Positions 29,703 through 39,719 are shown, counted from the stretch's first letter. The stretch is DNA of 64,000 bases from an uncultured Actinomycetes bacterium (GCA_963733255.1 CAVTCH010000007.1:2347-66346); one strand, 5' to 3'. Notes: generated by a model not told the origin, from the sequence alone. Numbers and translations are program-made.

Positions 29703-30917
29703 ATGAGTGAAGACAGGCTTCCAGGTACGGACCCCAAGAAACCCGGCCTCACCCGGCGGCAGTTCGTCGAGCGCGGCGCGATCGGCGCCGTCGGACTGGC
29801 GAGTCTCGGCGCCGTCCCCGCATTGCTGAGCGCCTGCGGCAGCTCGGGTTCGAGCAGCAGCAGCTCCTCATCGACGCCTACGGCTTTGGCGACGGCCCTG
29901 CCCAGCGGCGGCCTCTCCGCCCTCGAGACGGCGGCCAAGGCTGAGGGCAAGCTCAACACCATCGCCCTGCCGCCCAACTGGGCCAACTACGGCAAGATCA
30001 TCAGCGCCTTCCAGTCGAAGTACGGCATCACCGTCAACAACGCCGCCCCCAACGACACGTCGGCGCAGGAAAACCAGGCCATCGTGAGCCTCAAGGGCCA
30101 GTCGCGCGCTCCCGACGTCGTTGACGTCGGCCCGTCGTTTGCCGCGCAGGGCGCGGCTCAGGGCCTGTTCACGCCTTACTTCGTGGCCACGTGGGCCACG
30201 ATCCCGACCGCCATGAAGGATCCGGGCGGTCTGTGGTACGGCGACTACTACGGCGTGATCTCGTTCGGCACCAACCTGAACGTGCAGAAGACCCCGCCCA
30301 CGGACTGGTCCGACCTGACGAATTCGCGCTACCACGGCCAGGTGGCCATCGACGGCGACCCGCGCTCGGCCAACGACGCCTTCTCGGCGGTCTTCGCCGC
30401 GGCCCTCGCCAACGGCGGCTCGCTCGACAACATCGAGCCCGGTATCGAGTTCTTCGCCAAGCTCAAGAAGATCGGCAACTTCATTCCGGCCGACGCGCTG
30501 CCGGCCAACATCTCCAAGGGCTCGACGCCGATCGCCATCATCTGGGACTATCTCAACCTGGCCAACAAGAAGTCGTTCGCCGGCAACCCCCCGTACACCG
30601 TGTCCATCCCCAAGACCGGCGTTTACGGCGGTTTCTACTGCCAGGCGATCAGCAAGACGGCCCCCAACCCGAACGCCGCCCGTCTGTGGCAAGAGTTCAT
30701 CTACTCAGACGAAGGTCAGCTTCTGTACCTCGAGGGCTTCACGCACCCGGCGCGCTACGCCGACATGGCCAAGCGCGGCGTGATTCCCGCCTCGGTCAGC
30801 GCGCAGCTGCCGCCCGCGAGCTCGTACGCCAACATCCAGTTCGCCAGCCAGGCTCAGCTCACCAAGGCGTCCGCAGTGGTCACCGCCCAGTGGGGCACCA
30901 AAGTACTCGGCGCCTGA
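29703..30917 (+). CDS. ABC transporter substrate-binding lipoprotein (family 1 solute-binding protein) with Tat-like signal
   Basis: MSEDRLPGTDPKKPGLTRRQFVERGAIGAVGLASLGAVPALLSACGSSGSSSS is an RRxF Tat motif plus lipobox (LLSAC). The RBS AGGAGG precedes the ATG. Confidence 0.8.
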   Translation: MSEDRLPGTDPKKPGLTRRQFVERGAIGAVGLASLGAVPALLSACGSSGSSSSSSSSTPTALATALPSGGLSALETAAKAEGKLNTIALPPNWANYGKIISAFQSKYGITVNNAAPNDTSAQENQAIVSLKGQSRAPDVVDVGPSFAAQGAAQGLFTPYFVATWATIPTAMKDPGGLWYGDYYGVISFGTNLNVQKTPPTDWSDLTNSRYHGQVAIDGDPRSANDAFSAVFAAALANGGSLDNIEPGIEFFAKLKKIGNFIPADALPANISKGSTPIAIIWDYLNLANKKSFAGNPPYTVSIPKTGVYGGFYCQAISKTAPNPNAARLWQEFIYSDEGQLLYLEGFTHPARYADMAKRGVIPASVSAQLPPASSYANIQFASQAQLTKASAVVTAQWGTKVLGA

Positions 30918-30988
30918 GCCCAGGCAGATCAGGTGTCACGGCTGACTCGTAGACGCGTGCACGCCATGGGCGAAGCCGTGTCACCAGA

Positions 30989-31933
30989 ATGACCGACGTG
31001 TCGCAGGACAGGGAACAGGTCCTGGGCGAGGAGCTCGCCCCGGTCCTTCGCTCCGACCAGTCGACCCAGCCCCGCCGGCCCCGCAAGGGCCGGCGGGGAC
31101 TGGTCGCCTGGGCGGGCGTCCTGCCCTTCTTCGCTTACGCGGCGTTCTTCATGCTGCTGCCGGTCATCGTCCTCGTGTTCAAGACGTTCCAGGGCGTGAA
31201 CGGCGGCTTCACGCTCATGAACCTTCGGGCCCTGTTCACGGGGCAATACCGCGCCGCCTACATCTCGAGCATCGAGGTCAGCGTCGTCAGCGCCGTCGGC
31301 GGTGGGCTGTTCGGGCTGTTCGTCGCCTACGCGGCCGTGCGCGGCCGCGGCCCGCGCTGGATCCAGCCGCTGCTGACCACCTTCTGCGGGGTCGCCTCGA
31401 ACTTCGCCGGCATCCCGCTGGCCTTCGCGTTCATCGCCACCCTGGGACCGACGGGAGTGGTCACGGTGCTGCTCACCCATCTGGGCGTGCACATCTATCC
31501 CCACTTCACGATCTACAGCCTGGCCGGCCTGTCGCTCACCTACATCTACTTCCAGCTGCCGCTCATGATCCTGGTCATCGCGCCCTCGATCGAGGGTCTG
31601 CGGACCGAGTGGCGCGAAGCCGCCGAGAACCTGGGGGCGACGCAGTCGCAGTACTGGTGGCACGTGGGCCTGCCGGTCCTGCTGCCCAGCCTCGCGGGCG
31701 CGACCGTCCTGCTGTTCGGCAACGCCTTCAGTGCCTACGCAACGCCGTACGCGCTGGCTTCGGGCGGCATCAACATCGTGCCGGTGCTGATCGGCTCGGT
31801 GCTCTCGGGCAACGTCGTCATCACCAACCCGCATTTGGGTGACGCGCTCGCCTTCGGCATGATCGTCATCGTCGGGGTGACCGTGCTGGCGTACGCGATG
31901 CTGCAACGAAGGGCGGCCAGATGGCTCCGATAG
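30989..31933 (+). CDS. ABC transporter permease (BPD_transp_1)
   Basis: Six TM helices with an EAA-like loop (IEGLRTEWREAAENLGAT). Confidence 0.8.
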   Translation: MTDVSQDREQVLGEELAPVLRSDQSTQPRRPRKGRRGLVAWAGVLPFFAYAAFFMLLPVIVLVFKTFQGVNGGFTLMNLRALFTGQYRAAYISSIEVSVVSAVGGGLFGLFVAYAAVRGRGPRWIQPLLTTFCGVASNFAGIPLAFAFIATLGPTGVVTVLLTHLGVHIYPHFTIYSLAGLSLTYIYFQLPLMILVIAPSIEGLRTEWREAAENLGATQSQYWWHVGLPVLLPSLAGATVLLFGNAFSAYATPYALASGGINIVPVLIGSVLSGNVVITNPHLGDALAFGMIVIVGVTVLAYAMLQRRAARWLR

Positions 31934-32794
31934 AAGGCACGATAGCGCCGACCATGGCCGGTGAGGAGCTGACCCGTCATCCGCACCGCAAGAAAGCGCG
32001 CAAGCGCCACATGTCGTTCTGGACCTGGTTCTGGCTCATCATGGCGGCCCTGTACTTTCTGGTGCCGCTCTACTCGACCCTGCAGTTCAGCCTCGAGACC
32101 GGGGCCCACGCCTACGGCTTCAAGTGGTACAGCTACATCTTCCACGACCCCATGTTCCGCACGAGCTTCCTGTTCTCGCTGCGACTAGCGGTCGAGACCG
32201 TCGTGATCGGCATGGTCCTGATGGTGCCCACCGTCTACTGGGTCCACCTGCGCCTGCCGCAGGTGCGGCCCGTCATGGACCTCATCACCATCCTCCCGTT
32301 CGTCGTGCCACCGGTCGCGCTTGGTCGTGGGGCTGTCGGGCGCCTTCAACCTGATGCCGTGGCTGCTCAGCAGCTCACAGATCCTGGCGTTCATCTACGT
32401 GATCCTGGCGCTGCCGTTCACCTACCGCTCGCTCGACGCCGGCATGCGGGCGATCGACGTGCGCGTGCTCACCGAGGCTGCGCAGAGCGTCGGCGCGCCC
32501 GGCTGGAAGACGCTTCTGTTCGTGATCCTGCCGAACATCCGCACCGCCATGCTGGGCGCGGCCTTCCTCACACTGGCCATCGTCATGGGCGAGTACACGA
32601 TCTCGAGCCTGTTGCTGTTCAACACGTTCGCGGTGTATATCTACTATATCGGTAACACTACAGCCAACCCGGCCGCAGCGCTCGCCATCATCAGCTTCGC
32701 CCTTACCTGGGGGGCGATGATGGGCCTCTTCTTCCTGTCCAGGACCCGAGGCCGGACGAGCAGCAGCCCAGGCACCACGGCGGTCAGCCGGTGA
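31921..32794 (+). pseudogene. Second ABC transporter permease, interrupted by an apparent +1 frameshift near 32319-32324
   Basis: ORF 31921-32655 reads normally to ...ILPFVVPPVAL, then becomes junk (GRGAVGRLQPDAV). ORF 32321-32794 continues the permease (VVGLSGAFNLMPWLL...EAAQSVGAPGWKTLLFVILPNIRTAM). One extra nucleotide in gcgc-t-tggtcgtgggg fuses them. Confidence 0.6.
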
Positions 32795-32806
32795 GGAGAG
32801 GACTAC

Positions 32807-33874
32807 ATGGCCAGGCTTGATCTCCACCACATCCAGAAGAAGTTCGACGAGGTAACGGCGCTGTCCGAACTGTCGCTCGAAGTCGCCTCGGGCGAGCTCG
32901 TCTCGCTGCTCGGCCCCAGCGGCTGCGGCAAGACGACGGCCTTGCGCATCGTCGCCGGGTTCGAGCAGCCGACCGCCGGCGACCTGCTGGTCGACGGCCA
33001 GGACGTGCTCTCGGTGCCGGCCAGCAAGCGCAACATGGGCATGGTGTTCCAGGCCTACAGCCTCTTTCCGAACATGAACGCGCGGCAGAACGTCGAGTTC
33101 GGTCTGCGCATGCGCAAGGTGGCCCGCGACAAGTCCCGCACGCGGGCCGAGGAGCTGCTCGCTCTGGTCGGCCTCGCGACGCGCACCGAGCGCTACCCGC
33201 ACGAGCTTTCCGGCGGTCAGCAGCAGCGCGTCGCGCTGGCGCGGGCGCTCGCCATCGAGCCCGCCATCCTGCTGCTCGACGAACCTCTTTCGGCGCTCGA
33301 CGCCAAGGTGCGCGTCGAGCTTCGCCAGGAGATCAGGCGTGTCCAGACCGAGCTGGGCATCACCACGTTGTATGTCACTCACGACCAGGAAGAGGCGCTG
33401 TCGATCTCCGACCGCATCGCCGTCATGTCCGACGGCAACCTCGAGCAAATCGGCGCGCCCGCCGAGATCTACCGCAGCCCGGCGACCGAGTTCGTGGCCA
33501 ACTTCGTGGGCCTCATGAACGGCTTCGACGGCCGCGTACAGGCCGACGGAACGGTAGCGGTCGGCCCGGCGGCGCGTCCCATCCGCGTGACCCACGACCA
33601 CGGTTGCGCCACGGGCGACAGCGTGATGGTGCTGATCCGGCCTGAGTCGGTGAATCTCGAAGAAGTGCCCGCCGGGGAGACCGTGCCCGAAGGAGCCTTC
33701 GCGGGCAAGGTGCTCATGCATACCTTCCTGGGCTCGGTCACGCGCATGACCCTCGAATCCGATCTTGGCAAGCTGGTGGCCGACGTGCCCAGCCTCAGGG
33801 CGTTGACCATGCCGCCCGACACACAGGTCGGCGTGTACGTCGATCCCGCCGGCGTGCGGCTGCTCGCGCGCTGA
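32807..33874 (+). CDS. ABC transporter ATP-binding protein with C-terminal TOBE domain (PotA/FbpC-like)
   Basis: Walker A GPSGCGKTT, signature LSGGQQQRVALARAL, Walker B LLLDEPLSALD, plus a C-terminal regulatory/TOBE-like region. Confidence 0.85.
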   Translation: MARLDLHHIQKKFDEVTALSELSLEVASGELVSLLGPSGCGKTTALRIVAGFEQPTAGDLLVDGQDVLSVPASKRNMGMVFQAYSLFPNMNARQNVEFGLRMRKVARDKSRTRAEELLALVGLATRTERYPHELSGGQQQRVALARALAIEPAILLLDEPLSALDAKVRVELRQEIRRVQTELGITTLYVTHDQEEALSISDRIAVMSDGNLEQIGAPAEIYRSPATEFVANFVGLMNGFDGRVQADGTVAVGPAARPIRVTHDHGCATGDSVMVLIRPESVNLEEVPAGETVPEGAFAGKVLMHTFLGSVTRMTLESDLGKLVADVPSLRALTMPPDTQVGVYVDPAGVRLLAR

Positions 33875-34005
33875 CCGCGGCGGCCGTCGCCACAGACCGT
33901 CGCGGGCCGCGCCGGCAGGGAGCCGGCCGCTGATCGCTGCCGTTCCTTCCTTTCGCTGCCGAGCGCCGGCGTGCCTTGGTCCGGCGAGCCGGGGATCCTC
34001 GGCGG

Positions 34006-34034
34006 TTGAAACATCAGACGTCTGACGTTATCGT
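34006..34034 (+). promoter_or_regulatory. Putative promoter TTGAAA-N17-TATCGT with a perfect 10-bp palindrome CAGACGTCTG (34015-34024) in the spacer
   Basis: Located 66 nt upstream of the ATG at 34100. AGAC/GTCT half-sites resemble HutC/GntR-type operators, and the operon ends with a GntR/HutC gene. Confidence 0.35.
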
Positions 34035-34099
34035 TGTCAAAGAGCCACGAGACTGACGGCGAGACCTGACCTGTCTGATGCCGCGGAGGTAGCCCTTTC

Positions 34100-35530
34100 A
34101 TGACCGACCTGTTCGACCTCGAGGCATTGAGGCGCCGGCTCGCGGCGGCGCCCGAGGCCGCCAGGCTCGAACCGCTGGGCTTGCAGACCGTCGTCCTCGG
34201 CGACGACGCCTTGGCGGCCCTGCCGCAGGTCGTCGCCGATCTCGTCGGCACGCGCGGGCGCCCGGGCCCCGTCGCCGTCCTTTCCGACCTGACCCCGAAG
34301 CGCTATCGCGCGACCGACCTGCTCGACTTCGTCACCGGTACCCTGGCGGCGCGCTCTGCCGTGCGCAGTGTCACCCTCGGCGCGCCCGGTCGTCCCGTGC
34401 ACGCCGACGAGGAGACCCTGGCCGCGGCCACGCGCGACTGCGAGGGCGCCGCTTGTCTCGTGGCGGTCGGCTCGGGGACGGTCGCCGACATCGGCAAGGT
34501 CGTCGCGGCGGCGCACGGCATGGGCTACGTCGTGGTGCAGACCGCCAACAGCGTCAACGGCTTCGCCGACGATCGTTCCGTGCTGCTCGTGAGCGGCGTG
34601 AAGCGCACGACGCCGACGGCCTGGGCCGACGCCCTGGTGATCGACACCGACGTCCTCGTCGCGGCCCCGGTCGAGATGAACGTCTCCGGCTTCGCCGACC
34701 TGATCGCCACCTTCACGGCGCCCGCCGACTGGTATCTGGCCACGCTGCTCGGCATGGACGACACCTACTGCGCGACGGTCGTCGCGCTGGCTCGCGAACA
34801 GGGAGCGGCCGTGCTCGAGGCCGCGCCCCGCGTGCCGGGCGCCGACCGCGCGGCGCTGACCCAGGTCGCCGCGACCCTCACGCTGAGCGGCGTCTCGATG
34901 GGTGTCGCCGGCACCACGGCCCCCTGCTCGGGCATGGAGCACACCGTCGCCCATCTGCTCGAGATGGCGACCATGCAGACCGGCCGCGAGGCGGCTCTGC
35001 ACGGCGCCCAGGTGGGCGCCAGCAGCGTGATCGCCGCGCTGCTCTGGCAGCGCGTCCTCGACGAGCTGGCCGACGGCGGGCTCTCGCACGTCCGGGTGCC
35101 CGACGCGGCCGCGGCCGAAGCCGGCGTACGGGCGGCCTTCCGCGGCATCGACCCCAGCGGCGCCATGGGCGAGGAGTGCTGGCGCGACTACGCGCGCAAG
35201 CTCACCCGCTGGGCCGCCGCCGGCGAGCGCGTCGCGGCGGCGGCGCGTGACTGGGCGGCCCACGACCGTATCCTGCGCGACCTGCTCGCCGGGCCCGAGG
35301 CGCTCGTGGCGGCCTTGCGCGCCGCCGGCGCCCCGGTGCTGTTCTCCGAGGTCACGCCCCCGGCCGACGAGGCCACCGCGCGCTGGGCGGTGGCGAGCTG
35401 CCATCTGATGCGCGACCGCTTCTCGGTGGCCGACATGGCAAGCTTTCTGGGCATCTGGGACTCCGCCTGCGTCGACGGGCTCCTGTCCGCGGCCGCTGCC
35501 CTCGGTGGCGCGGCGAGCGGTGCGGCATGA
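34100..35530 (+). CDS. Iron-containing alcohol dehydrogenase / dehydroquinate-synthase-fold protein, glycerol-1-phosphate dehydrogenase (AraM/EgsA)-like with extra C-terminal domain
   Basis: AVGSGTVADIGKVVAA (GGGS-type nucleotide loop), ...VNGFADD..., and HTVAHLLE metal-binding histidines. At 476 aa it is longer than canonical G1PDH. Confidence 0.55.
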   Translation: MTDLFDLEALRRRLAAAPEAARLEPLGLQTVVLGDDALAALPQVVADLVGTRGRPGPVAVLSDLTPKRYRATDLLDFVTGTLAARSAVRSVTLGAPGRPVHADEETLAAATRDCEGAACLVAVGSGTVADIGKVVAAAHGMGYVVVQTANSVNGFADDRSVLLVSGVKRTTPTAWADALVIDTDVLVAAPVEMNVSGFADLIATFTAPADWYLATLLGMDDTYCATVVALAREQGAAVLEAAPRVPGADRAALTQVAATLTLSGVSMGVAGTTAPCSGMEHTVAHLLEMATMQTGREAALHGAQVGASSVIAALLWQRVLDELADGGLSHVRVPDAAAAEAGVRAAFRGIDPSGAMGEECWRDYARKLTRWAAAGERVAAAARDWAAHDRILRDLLAGPEALVAALRAAGAPVLFSEVTPPADEATARWAVASCHLMRDRFSVADMASFLGIWDSACVDGLLSAAAALGGAASGAA

Positions 35531-36438
35531 CTGGCGACGCGGCGAGCCGGGACGCCGCGAGCGCCGGTGCCGCGAGCCGGGACACCGCGAGCGCCGATAC
35601 GGCGAGCCTGCCGGTGACCGGCCGGCCCACGCGGATCTATCCCGGGTATGCCTTCGACCTCGACGGCACGGTCTACCTGGGCGACGCCCTGCTGCCCTGC
35701 GCCGCCGAGACGATCGCCGCCATCCGGCACGCCGGGTCGCGTGTCGTCTTTGCGACCAACAAGCCGCTCCAGACCGCCGCCGACTACGCGCGGAAGCTGA
35801 CCCGCCTCGGCATAGCCGCGACGCGCGCCGACGTGGTCACGTCGGTCGACGCGCTGGTCGAGTACCTGGGTCGCGAGCACCCCGGCGAGACCGTCCTCGC
35901 GGTAGCCGAGCGCTCGACCATCGACGAGATCCGCGGGGCCGGCTTCGCGGTGACCAAAGACCCGCGTGAGACGCAGGTCGTGGTCGTCTCGTTCGACCGC
36001 ACCTTCGACTACGAGAAGCTGAACGCCGCCTACCGGGCGGTGCGTTACAACGGCGCCGCCATCGTGGCCACCAACCCCGACCCGTACTGTCCGACGCCCG
36101 AAGGCGGGCTGCCCGATTGCGCCGCCATGCTGGCGGCCATCGAGGCCTGCACGGGAGCCCGCGCCGAGGCGGTGGTCGGCAAACCGAGCATCCACATGGC
36201 GCGCGCCCTGCTCGACCGGCTCGGCCTGCCCGCGCGCGACGTCGCTCTGATCGGCGACCGTCTGCTCACCGACGTCGCCATGGCCCTGTCGCTCGGCATG
36301 ACCGGGGTCCTCACGCTGACGGGGGCGACCCCCGCCGGGGGCCTCGCCGGTGCCGCGATCACGCCCGACTTCGTGATCGACGGGCTCGCCCAGCTTCTGC
36401 CCGAAGGCTCTTCCGCCCGCCAGGAGGTCCCGCGGTGA
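35527..36438 (+). CDS. HAD-superfamily hydrolase, subfamily IIA (NagD/AraL-like sugar-phosphatase)
   Basis: YAFDLDGTVYLGDALLPCAAETIAAIRHAGSRVVFATNKP (DxDGT motif I plus the IIA cap), and later GDRLLTDV. The ATG overlaps the upstream stop (ATGA). Confidence 0.75.
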   Translation: MTGDAASRDAASAGAASRDTASADTASLPVTGRPTRIYPGYAFDLDGTVYLGDALLPCAAETIAAIRHAGSRVVFATNKPLQTAADYARKLTRLGIAATRADVVTSVDALVEYLGREHPGETVLAVAERSTIDEIRGAGFAVTKDPRETQVVVVSFDRTFDYEKLNAAYRAVRYNGAAIVATNPDPYCPTPEGGLPDCAAMLAAIEACTGARAEAVVGKPSIHMARALLDRLGLPARDVALIGDRLLTDVAMALSLGMTGVLTLTGATPAGGLAGAAITPDFVIDGLAQLLPEGSSARQEVPR

Positions 36439-37139
36439 ACTTCACCTTCATGCTGACCCACAACGACAGCACCGTCCCCGGCGCCGCCGGAGTCTACGAG
36501 AGCCTGCGCGGCACCGCGCTCCGGTACGTCGGCTTCAAGGACATCGGGGCGACCCCCGACGAGCTCGCCGTCGTGGCCGAGAAGGCCCACGCCGACGGCC
36601 TCGAGGTCATGCTCGAGGTCGTGTCGACCTCACGCGAGTCGGAGATCGCGTCGCTCAAGGCGGGACGCGACATCGGCGTCGACTGGATCCTGGGCGGCAC
36701 TCACGCCGACGACGGCGTGCGCATCCTGGCCGGCAGCGGCATCAGGTACTGCCCGTTTCCGGGCCGCATCGACGGTCACCCCAGCGTCCTTCTCGGCACC
36801 ATCGCGGAGATCACCCAGGACGCCCGCGATCTCACCGCCATGAACGGCGTCTACGGCCTCGACCTGCTCGCCTATCGCAGCCCCGGGGAGGACCCGATCG
36901 CCCTCACCCACGACGTCGTGGTCGCCTCGCCGGGACCGGTCGTCGTGGCCGGCTCGATCGCGACGGCTGAACAGATCAGGCTCGTCGCCGGAGCGGGGGC
37001 GTGGGGGTTCACGATCGGGGGCGCGATCTTCGAGGGACGGCTGCCCGGCGCGCCGGACCTGGCCGCCCAGATCAGCGCGGTCCTCGACATGACGGCGGCC
37101 GCCGCGGCGGCCCGCGACCAGGGGCCGGGCATGGCATGA
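36435..37139 (+). CDS. TIM-barrel protein, NanE-like (putative N-acylhexosamine-6-phosphate 2-epimerase family)
   Basis: The C-terminal VVVAGSIATAEQIRLVAGAGAWGFTIGGAIFEG resembles the NanE C-terminus (...GAWAVTVGSAITR). The GTG at 36435 overlaps the upstream stop (GTGA). The assignment is tentative. Confidence 0.35.
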   Translation: MNFTFMLTHNDSTVPGAAGVYESLRGTALRYVGFKDIGATPDELAVVAEKAHADGLEVMLEVVSTSRESEIASLKAGRDIGVDWILGGTHADDGVRILAGSGIRYCPFPGRIDGHPSVLLGTIAEITQDARDLTAMNGVYGLDLLAYRSPGEDPIALTHDVVVASPGPVVVAGSIATAEQIRLVAGAGAWGFTIGGAIFEGRLPGAPDLAAQISAVLDMTAAAAAARDQGPGMA

Positions 37140-37885
37140 ACGCAAAGTCTCGCCCAAAGCTGCCCGACCGCGTACGCGACGCGCTGCTCAGCGACCTGTT
37201 CTCGAGCGTCTACGCCGCCGGTGACCGGCTCCCCAACGAGGATGAGCTGGCCGCTCGCTTCGAAGTCAGCAGGGCGACCATCCGCGAAGCCGTGCGCGGG
37301 CTCGTCGAGGCCGGGTATCTGGTGCGCCGCCACGGCACCGGCACGTTCGTGACAGCACTGCCCCGTCATCGCCACACGCTGAACCTCAACCTGAGCTACA
37401 CGGCGATGATCCGCGAAGCAGGGCTGGAGCCCGGACGCAGGCTGATCCGGCACCTGGTCCGCGTGGCGACGAGCGACGAGGCGACCGCCCTGGCGATCGC
37501 TCCCACGGACATGGTCCTCCTCGTCGAGCGCATCCGTACCGCCGACGGCCGGCCGGTCGTGTATTCGGCCGACCGCATCTCGACGGCTCTGCTCGGCGAC
37601 GTCGCCGAGCGTGTCGCCGACTCGACGTCGCTGTACGCGTTGCTCGAGCAGGCCCACGCCGAGGTACGGAGCGCGCTCGCGACCCTGCATCCGGTGGTCG
37701 CCGACGGGCGCCTCGCGCGGCTGCTCGAAGTGTCCGTCGGCTCTCCCTTGCAGCAGATCGAACAAGTCGACTTCGACGAGCTCGGCCGGCCCGTGATGCT
37801 CTCTTCGGAGTGGCATGTGCCCGACGTCTTCGAGCTCGCCGTGAACCGCGTGAGTGACGCGCCGGCCGGTCGTGCCGGTGCCTGA
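37136..37885 (+). CDS. GntR-family transcriptional regulator, HutC subfamily (UTRA effector domain)
   Basis: Winged HTH (LPNEDELAARFEVSRATIREAVRGLVEAGYLVRRHGTGTFV) followed by a UTRA-like C-terminus. The ATG at 37136 overlaps the upstream TGA. Confidence 0.8.
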   Translation: MNAKSRPKLPDRVRDALLSDLFSSVYAAGDRLPNEDELAARFEVSRATIREAVRGLVEAGYLVRRHGTGTFVTALPRHRHTLNLNLSYTAMIREAGLEPGRRLIRHLVRVATSDEATALAIAPTDMVLLVERIRTADGRPVVYSADRISTALLGDVAERVADSTSLYALLEQAHAEVRSALATLHPVVADGRLARLLEVSVGSPLQQIEQVDFDELGRPVMLSSEWHVPDVFELAVNRVSDAPAGRAGA

Positions 37886-37923
37886 ATCGCCGCGACAGAC
37901 GCGGCTTGGAACACGGAGGTCGT

Positions 37924-39645
37924 ATGGTGGTCGCTGACGCGCGCGCGACTTGGCTGGGTCCCGATGCTCGCCGGCGCGCCCTTGAGCGTTTCGCCGCGGA
38001 GACCTTCGACGTCCTCGTGGTCGGCGGCGGCGTGACCGGTTGCGGGGTCGCGCTCGACGCCGCGAGTCGCGGCCTGTCGGTGGCTCTGGTAGAACGCCGC
38101 GACTTCGCCGCCGGCACGTCGAGCCGTTCCAGCAAGCTGATCCACGGTGGGCTGCGGTATCTCGAGCATCTCGACGTGGCCCTCGTGCGCGAGGCGCTGC
38201 ACGAACGGCGGCTGCTGATCGAGAAGATCGCTCCGCACCTGGTCCATCCCACGCCCTTCCTGTTCCCGCTGCGGCGCAAGGTCTGGGATCGCTTCTACAT
38301 GGGCGCGGGACTCCTGCTGTACGACTCGCTGGCCGGCCTGCACCCGGCGGTGCCGCGCCACCGGCACCTGTCGCGGCGCGCCTGCCTGAAGGCGGCTCCC
38401 GGTCTGCGCGGCGACGTTCTCGCCGGTGGCATCCGCTACTACGACGCCCAGGTCGACGACGCGCGCTTTGCCCTCGTGCTGGCGCGCACGGCGGCCTCGC
38501 TGGGCGCGGTCTGCGCCTCGGCGGTCGCGGTGACCGACTTCCTGCACGACGGCGACAGGGTGGCCGGCGCCCGCCTGCACGACCTCGAGGGCGGCGTTGA
38601 GCTCGAGCTTCATGCTCGTACGGTGATCAGCGCCACCGGCATCTGGACCACCGAGATGGAGCGCCTGGCGGGCATCGCCGACCCCATGATCGTGCGGCCG
38701 TCCAAGGGCGTGCACATCGTCGTGCCCCGCGACCGGATCAAGTCGGACTACGCGCTGATCCTGCCGACCGAGAAGAGCGTGCTGTTCGTGCTGCCCTGGG
38801 GCCGGCAGTGGATCATCGGCACGACCGACACCGACTGGCACTACGACCTGGACCACCCGTCGGCCACGCACGCCGACATCCAGTATCTGCTGGAGCACGC
38901 CAACAAGGTGCTCGCCGAGCCCCTCAGCTTCGCCGACGTCATCGCCGTCTACGTCGGGCTGCGGCCGCTGCTCGGCGGCACGGCGGAGGAGACCGCCAAG
39001 CTGTCTCGCAACCACGCCGTGCGGCGCAGCGCACCGGGCTTCGTGAGCGTGGCCGGCGGCAAGTACACCACCTACCGGCTGATGGCGCGCGACGCCGTCG
39101 ACAAGGCCGCCGCCGACCTGCCGTTCGCGAGCGACGCCAGCCGCACCGCCGACATCCCGGTCCTCGGAGCCGTGGGCCGTGCGGGCGCCGGGTTCAGGCT
39201 GAGCCGGCACGCCGGGGCCGCTACCCTCTCAGCGGGCCAGCTCGACCACCTGGTCGCGCGGTACGGCACGCTGGCCGAAGAGGTGCTCGACCTGCTCGTC
39301 GCCGACCCCGCCCTGGCCGCTCCGCTCGCCGGCGCCGAGACCTACCTGAGCGCCGAGGTCCGCTACGCCGCGCAGTGCGAGGGCGCGCTGCATCTGGACG
39401 ACGTGCTCACCCGTCGCACCCACATCGCCTTCGAGGCGCCCGACCGCGGCCGGCTGGCCGCCGACGGCGCCGCGCGCCTGATGGCGCCCGTGCTCGGCTG
39501 GGACGAGGTCGCGGTCGAACGCGAGATCGCCCACTACGTGGCGCGACTCGAAGCCGAATCGGCGGCCCAGGCGCTGCTGTCCGACGCCGCGTCCGACGCG
39601 GCCCGGGCCGGGGTGCGCGACCTGCGGCTCGAGAGTCCTGAGTAG
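37924..39645 (+). CDS. glpD: FAD-dependent glycerol-3-phosphate dehydrogenase
   Basis: DVLVVGGGVTGCGVALDAASRGLSVALVERRDFAAGTSSRSSKLIHGGLRYLE is the GlpD N-terminus. The ATG at 37924 follows GGAGG; the ORF track starts at the TTG at 37906. Confidence 0.8.
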   Translation: MVVADARATWLGPDARRRALERFAAETFDVLVVGGGVTGCGVALDAASRGLSVALVERRDFAAGTSSRSSKLIHGGLRYLEHLDVALVREALHERRLLIEKIAPHLVHPTPFLFPLRRKVWDRFYMGAGLLLYDSLAGLHPAVPRHRHLSRRACLKAAPGLRGDVLAGGIRYYDAQVDDARFALVLARTAASLGAVCASAVAVTDFLHDGDRVAGARLHDLEGGVELELHARTVISATGIWTTEMERLAGIADPMIVRPSKGVHIVVPRDRIKSDYALILPTEKSVLFVLPWGRQWIIGTTDTDWHYDLDHPSATHADIQYLLEHANKVLAEPLSFADVIAVYVGLRPLLGGTAEETAKLSRNHAVRRSAPGFVSVAGGKYTTYRLMARDAVDKAAADLPFASDASRTADIPVLGAVGRAGAGFRLSRHAGAATLSAGQLDHLVARYGTLAEEVLDLLVADPALAAPLAGAETYLSAEVRYAAQCEGALHLDDVLTRRTHIAFEAPDRGRLAADGAARLMAPVLGWDEVAVEREIAHYVARLEAESAAQALLSDAASDAARAGVRDLRLESPE

Positions 39646-39719
39646 TCGGGGACGCCCGAGAGTAGACTTGCCCGTGTGAGCGAGCAGGCGGCATCGTCAG
39701 AGGGGGAGCAGGTCGGCCG

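Noticed and set aside
36435-37139. Assigning the TIM-barrel protein as PcrB/GGGPS (heptaprenyl- or geranylgeranyl-glyceryl phosphate synthase) partner of the G1PDH-like enzyme
   Set aside because: It lacks the characteristic GGGI...VVVGNA C-terminal motif and the N-terminal FKLDPDK-type G1P site of PcrB. The C-terminus resembles NanE instead, so an archaeal-type ether-lipid pathway is not supported.
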